From assembly GCA_963733195.1 (NCBI GenBank), contig CAVTCR010000082.1, positions 1 through 45,371 on the forward strand: a stretch of 45,371 bases of DNA, written 5' to 3'. Shown in pieces: positions 41,573-45,371 of the stretch. The stretch is from an uncultured delta proteobacterium. Its GTDB lineage: Bacteria > Desulfobacterota > Binatia > Bin18. The stretch's first letter is position 1; each line of letters starts with the position of its first letter. The translations under genes and the position numbers were made by a program. Below the pieces are notes generated by a model that saw only the letters and a program-made list of their open reading frames with translations, was not told where the DNA came from and did no database searches.

Positions 41573-42775
41573 TCAAGCACAATCACATTGACCCCCATTC
41601 CCTTTGGCAACAACGGGAAGTTCGGCTGGACCAATGATAAGCCCTTCGCCAAGAGAGAGTGAACTGAGTACACCTGAACTCTGACTGCCAGTAGAATGCG
41701 CTATGTAGTGGCCATGTTCGTGGGTGATGCGACAGCGGACAAACTCGGTCAGCCCCTTAGCCTTTGAGATATCCTCACCAAGCGTCGCTGACAGGACCGG
41801 GAGAAAGAGTTTCTCGTGGCCCGTCATGCGCCGCAAGGCTGGGCGGACGTATAAGTAAAAGCAGACTAGAGCAGAGACTGGATTTCCGGGAAGCCCAAAG
41901 TACGGGCGTTCACGGAGCAATCCGAACGTGAGAGGTTTTCCCGGTCGTTGCGCCACTTGCCAGAACAAACGGTGCATCCCGAGTTCATCCATCGCTTGTT
42001 TGACGAAGTCAAAATCACCAACTGAAACGCCACCGGTTGAGAGGACAACATCGTGCCGGACAGCTTCAGCTAACGCCGTGCGAATCTCTTCAAGCGTGTC
42101 ACGAGCAATAGCGAGTGGAACAGGAACGCCACCTGCCTCGCGCACCGCAGCGGCAAGGGTATACGCGTTGGAGTTCACAATTTGTCCAGGCCGTAATGCG
42201 TCATCAATTTCTGCCAGTTCGTTACCAGTGCTCAGGATTGCAACGCGCGGACGCTGATAGACGAGTACGAGGCTGCGCCCGACAGAGGCCAATAGGCCGA
42301 TATCAGCAGGGCGTAAGACGCGACCTTTCTCTAAAACAAGCTGCCCGCGCTGAATATCCTCACCACTTCCACGCACGTTGTTTCCCGGACGCTCACTACG
42401 TTTAATCCACACGCGACCGTCATGTTCTTCGGTATCTTCAACTTTCACCACGGTATCGGCACCCGACGGCATCACCGCGCCGGTCATGATCTTACTTGCA
42501 GTGCCAGGAATCACCAGCTGTTTTGGAACCGCACCAGCTTGAATGACTTCTAACACGCCAAGCGTTACTGGCTGATCCGCATTAGTATCGCGAACGTCAT
42601 CCCAGCGGACGGCGTAGCCATCCATGGCCGAGTTCGCAAACGGTGGGACTTCGCGCTCCGAGCGGATTTCCTCAGCTAACACCCGACCGACAGCATCCAG
42701 AAGTCCAATCCTTTCACCTGCTAAAGGGGAAACAGTATCGAGAATTGTCGTTAATGCGTCATGTACGGAAATCAT
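41573..42775 (-). CDS. moeA: Molybdopterin molybdotransferase MoeA
   Basis: PPFANSAMDGYAVR, IMTGA, STGNEL, TGGVSVGDFD, RPGKP and GLPGNPVS motifs; last few residues possibly frameshifted. Confidence 0.95.
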   Translation of the reverse strand: MISVHDALTTILDTVSPLAGERIGLLDAVGRVLAEEIRSEREVPPFANSAMDGYAVRWDDVRDTNADQPVTLGVLEVIQAGAVPKQLVIPGTASKIMTGAVMPSGADTVVKVEDTEEHDGRVWIKRSERPGNNVRGSGEDIQRGQLVLEKGRVLRPADIGLLASVGRSLVLVYQRPRVAILSTGNELAEIDDALRPGQIVNSNAYTLAAAVREAGGVPVPLAIARDTLEEIRTALAEAVRHDVVLSTGGVSVGDFDFVKQAMDELGMHRLFWQVAQRPGKPLTFGLLRERPYFGLPGNPVSALVCFYLYVRPALRRMTGHEKLFLPVLSATLGEDISKAKGLTEFVRCRITHEHGHYIAHSTGSQSSGVLSSLSLGEGLIIGPAELPVVAKGNGGQCDCA

Positions 42776-42840
42776 GGAGATAGAGTAGGCAAACTTCGAC
42801 GGGGATCGTCAACTTCCTGTAGGAAAAATGGCAAGGAGGG

Positions 42841-42944
42841 TTAGGGGGAGGAATCAAAGGCGACTAACGCTAGACGTTCACGCACCTGTTGATGTCCGCG
42901 AAGGTGCAAGCTGAGATGATCTGTATCCAACACATACACGCCAT
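42841..42944 (-). pseudogene. Truncated PIN-domain (VapC-like) toxin
   Basis: VYVLDTDHLSLHLRGHQQVRERL, then stop. Confidence 0.65.
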
Positions 42945-42949
42945 GGCTT

Positions 42950-43240
42950 CGGTTCATCAGCCTCAAGTGTCGGCGGGAATGAGCGATTTCGGCTGTGAAG
43001 TCATCGAAAGTTGGGTCATCTCGTAGGCTGCCGTAAATCAAGCCAACCACGGATTGGCAGCCTGGTAGGCGATTCTTCCACTAGGTAACAGTTTGCCTTT
43101 TGCCAAGTGCTTAAGAATGGCTGTTGCTTTGGCCAAAGCTTCTTCTTGTGTCATCCCCTCAGCAACGCAATCGGGACTCCCACAACAGTAGCTGAAAATA
43201 GGCCATCAGTGCGACTTTGGACGAATACTTGATATTGCAT
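42950..43240 (-). pseudogene. HicB-like antitoxin, frameshifted
   Basis: MQYQVFVQ...FSATVVG, PDCVAEGMTQEEALAKA and GSLRDDPTFDDF in shifting frames. Confidence 0.65.
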
Positions 43241-43426
43241 AATCGCGTGCCTCTCATCGCTAACATAGCATGGAGGTTTCTACATCAACATCAGGCGTTG
43301 GGCGTTAGGATTGTCGTTTCTCGTTCAAGGTTCATTGTTAGGTGCTGCTGGTTTCTCTCCGCCGTGCTCCATGCTAATGGCAAACAGCGAAAGTATCCGA
43401 GTGTACCGGGTCAAGGAGGGGAGGAC

Positions 43427-45371
43427 ATGCACTGTCCGCAGTGCCAGCATCAGAATAGTGACACTGCCAAGTTCTGTGAAGAATGCGGTGCACGGCTTAT
43501 CACTGCGTGTCCACAGTGTGGACATCAAGCAAGTCCGATAGCGAAGTTTTGTGCGGAATGCGGCACGGCGCTCACGCTGGGGGAAAAGGCGAAAGGGCGA
43601 AACAGGAAACGAATAAGATAGCAGAAGTTGCCAGCTCTCAGTCCTCAGTTGCCAGTTCCCAACCCCAGCCTAACTCCCAGCCGGCGAACGTCGTCAACTC
43701 ACGGTGATGTTCATTGACCTGGTGGGCTCGACGACGCTCTCCCAGCAACTGGACCCGGAAGACTATCATGCCCGGGTGCGCGCCTATCAGACCGCCTGTG
43801 GCCAGATCATCACCCGCTATGACGGCCATATTGCCCAATATTTAGGCGACGGGATGCTAGTGTACTTTGGCTATCCAGCCGCCCATGAAGACGATGCGGG
43901 ACGCGCCGTGCGCAGTGGTCTGGAAATCGTGGCGGCGGTCGGCCAGCTGCACTTTACCCCGCCCTTACAGATCCGCATTGGTATTCATACCGGGCCGGTG
44001 GTCGTGGCTGAGATTGGTACAGGAGCGCGCACGGAGCAACTGGCGTTAGGCGAAACCCCGAACATTGCCGCCCGTCTCCAAGGCATCGCCGAACCGAAGA
44101 TGATCGTGCTGAGCGGCACGACACAACGGTTGGTGGCGGGGCTGTTCGACTGTCAAGACTTGGGTGCCCAGACGTTAAAGGGTCTCACCACACCGATGGC
44201 GCTGTACCAAGTCCTGGGCGAAAGCACCGCGCAAAGCCGCTTCGATGTTGCGCCGCGACGGGACTGACCCCGCTCGTGGGTCGCGAGGAAGAACTGGCAC
44301 TGTTCATCGGCGCTGGGAACAAGTCAAAGAGCGAGAAGGCCAGGTGGTATTGCTCAGTGGGGAGCCGGGCATTGGCAAATCACGCCTGGTCGGGAATGCG
44401 CAACCGGGTAGAACAGGACAGTGCCATGCGCATCGAATTTCGCTGCTCGCCTTATTATCAGAACAGCGCCCTGTATCCGGTCATCGAACACCTCCAGCGC
44501 CTGTTGCAGTGGCAAAAAGACGATCCGGTCCAGATCAGAACCGTCAAACTCCAAGGGACACTCGCTCGATACCGTTTTCCTCAAGCCGACACGCTCGCCT
44601 TGTTTGCCGCACTGCTATCGTTGCCTCATCCTGCTGATGCACCGCCACTCAATCTCAGTCCGCAACGCCAGAAACAGAAGACCGCGGAGGCGTTGATTGC
44701 CTGGCTCGTCGAAGAAGCCGAACAAGCACCGGTGTACTGTGCCTGGGAAGATTTGCATTGGGCGGATCCCTCTTCGCTGGACTTGTTGGGTATCTTAATC
44801 GATCAAACGCCCACTACCCGACTCTTCGTGCTGCTGACCAGTCGGCCCGAGTTCACCCCGCCGTGGGGACAACACGGCCACTTCAGTCAGTTGACCTTGA
44901 GTCGCTTGGGGCGAGGCAGGTGCCGCAGATGATTGAGCAAGCGACCGGGGGCAAGATATTATCGTCAGAAGTGGTGCAGCAGATCATCGCGAAGACCGAT
45001 GGCGTGCCGTTGTTTGTGGAAGAGTTGACGAAGATGGTGGTGGAATCCATTGAGACTATGGGACTACGATTGAGTACCGTTGCGCCGTCGGCGATTCCTG
45101 CGACACTGCAGGATTCATTGATGGCGCGGCTGGATCGGCTGGGGCCAGCCAAAGAGATCGCCCAGGTGGGGGCGACGCTGGGCAGAGAATTTTCCTACGA
45201 GTTGCTCCAGGCGGTCTCGCCTGTGGATGAGAATGCTTCAGCAGGGGCTGAGTCAGTTGGTCGCCGCAGAATTGCTTTATCAACGAGGCTTGCCGCCGCA
45301 GAGTACCTACCTCTTCAAACATGCCTTGATCCAAGACACTGCGTATCAATCCTTACTCAAGAGCCGTCGCC
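43427..45371 (+). CDS. Double zinc ribbon - adenylate/guanylate cyclase - AAA ATPase protein (partial, frameshifted)
   Basis: MHCPQCQH ribbons, MFIDLVGST, YLGDG, RIGIHTG, GEPGIGKS, WEDLHWADPS, GVPLFVEE and FKHALIQD; runs off the window end. Confidence 0.9.

Overview
Bacterial genomic window. The gene repertoire, heptamer repeats and REP types suggest Candidatus Binatia/Deltaproteobacteria, which is inference only. Many genes are broken by single-base frameshifts, probably largely long-read indel errors. Left arm (1-7.9 kb): DUF35/thiolase-like/hydrolase genes, a hicBA toxin-antitoxin pair, a zinc-ribbon adenylate cyclase-AAA-TPR gene and a secreted protein gene. Middle (7.9-37.1 kb): a ~29 kb mosaic, mostly minus-strand biosynthetic or surface-modification island bounded by a perfect 23-bp direct repeat (7885-7907, 37093-37115). 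It encodes several PaaK/CapK-like ligases, an ATP-grasp ligase, a MurF-like ligase, AsnB, two HTTM proteins with partners, GNAT/FemAB-like transferases, JmjC and 2OG-like oxygenases, an ACP with an adenylating enzyme, two atypical LpxL-like acyltransferases, GT4, a polysaccharide deacetylase, methyltransferases and an interrupted CmoA homologue. It also carries an IS701-like element, REPs and nested direct repeats. Right arm (37.1-45.4 kb): an intact three-gene operon encoding an ECF-like sigma factor with a coiled-coil insert, a soluble double zf-HC2 anti-sigma, and a CHAT protease-TM-TolB-like/TPR receptor. This is followed by moeA, a degenerate HicB-like/PIN pair and a second adenylate cyclase-AAA gene running off the end. 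The best candidates for an undescribed system are the CRISPR-independent CHAT protease/anti-sigma/sigma cascade and the repeat-bounded biosynthetic island. No CRISPR array, tRNA or rRNA was seen.
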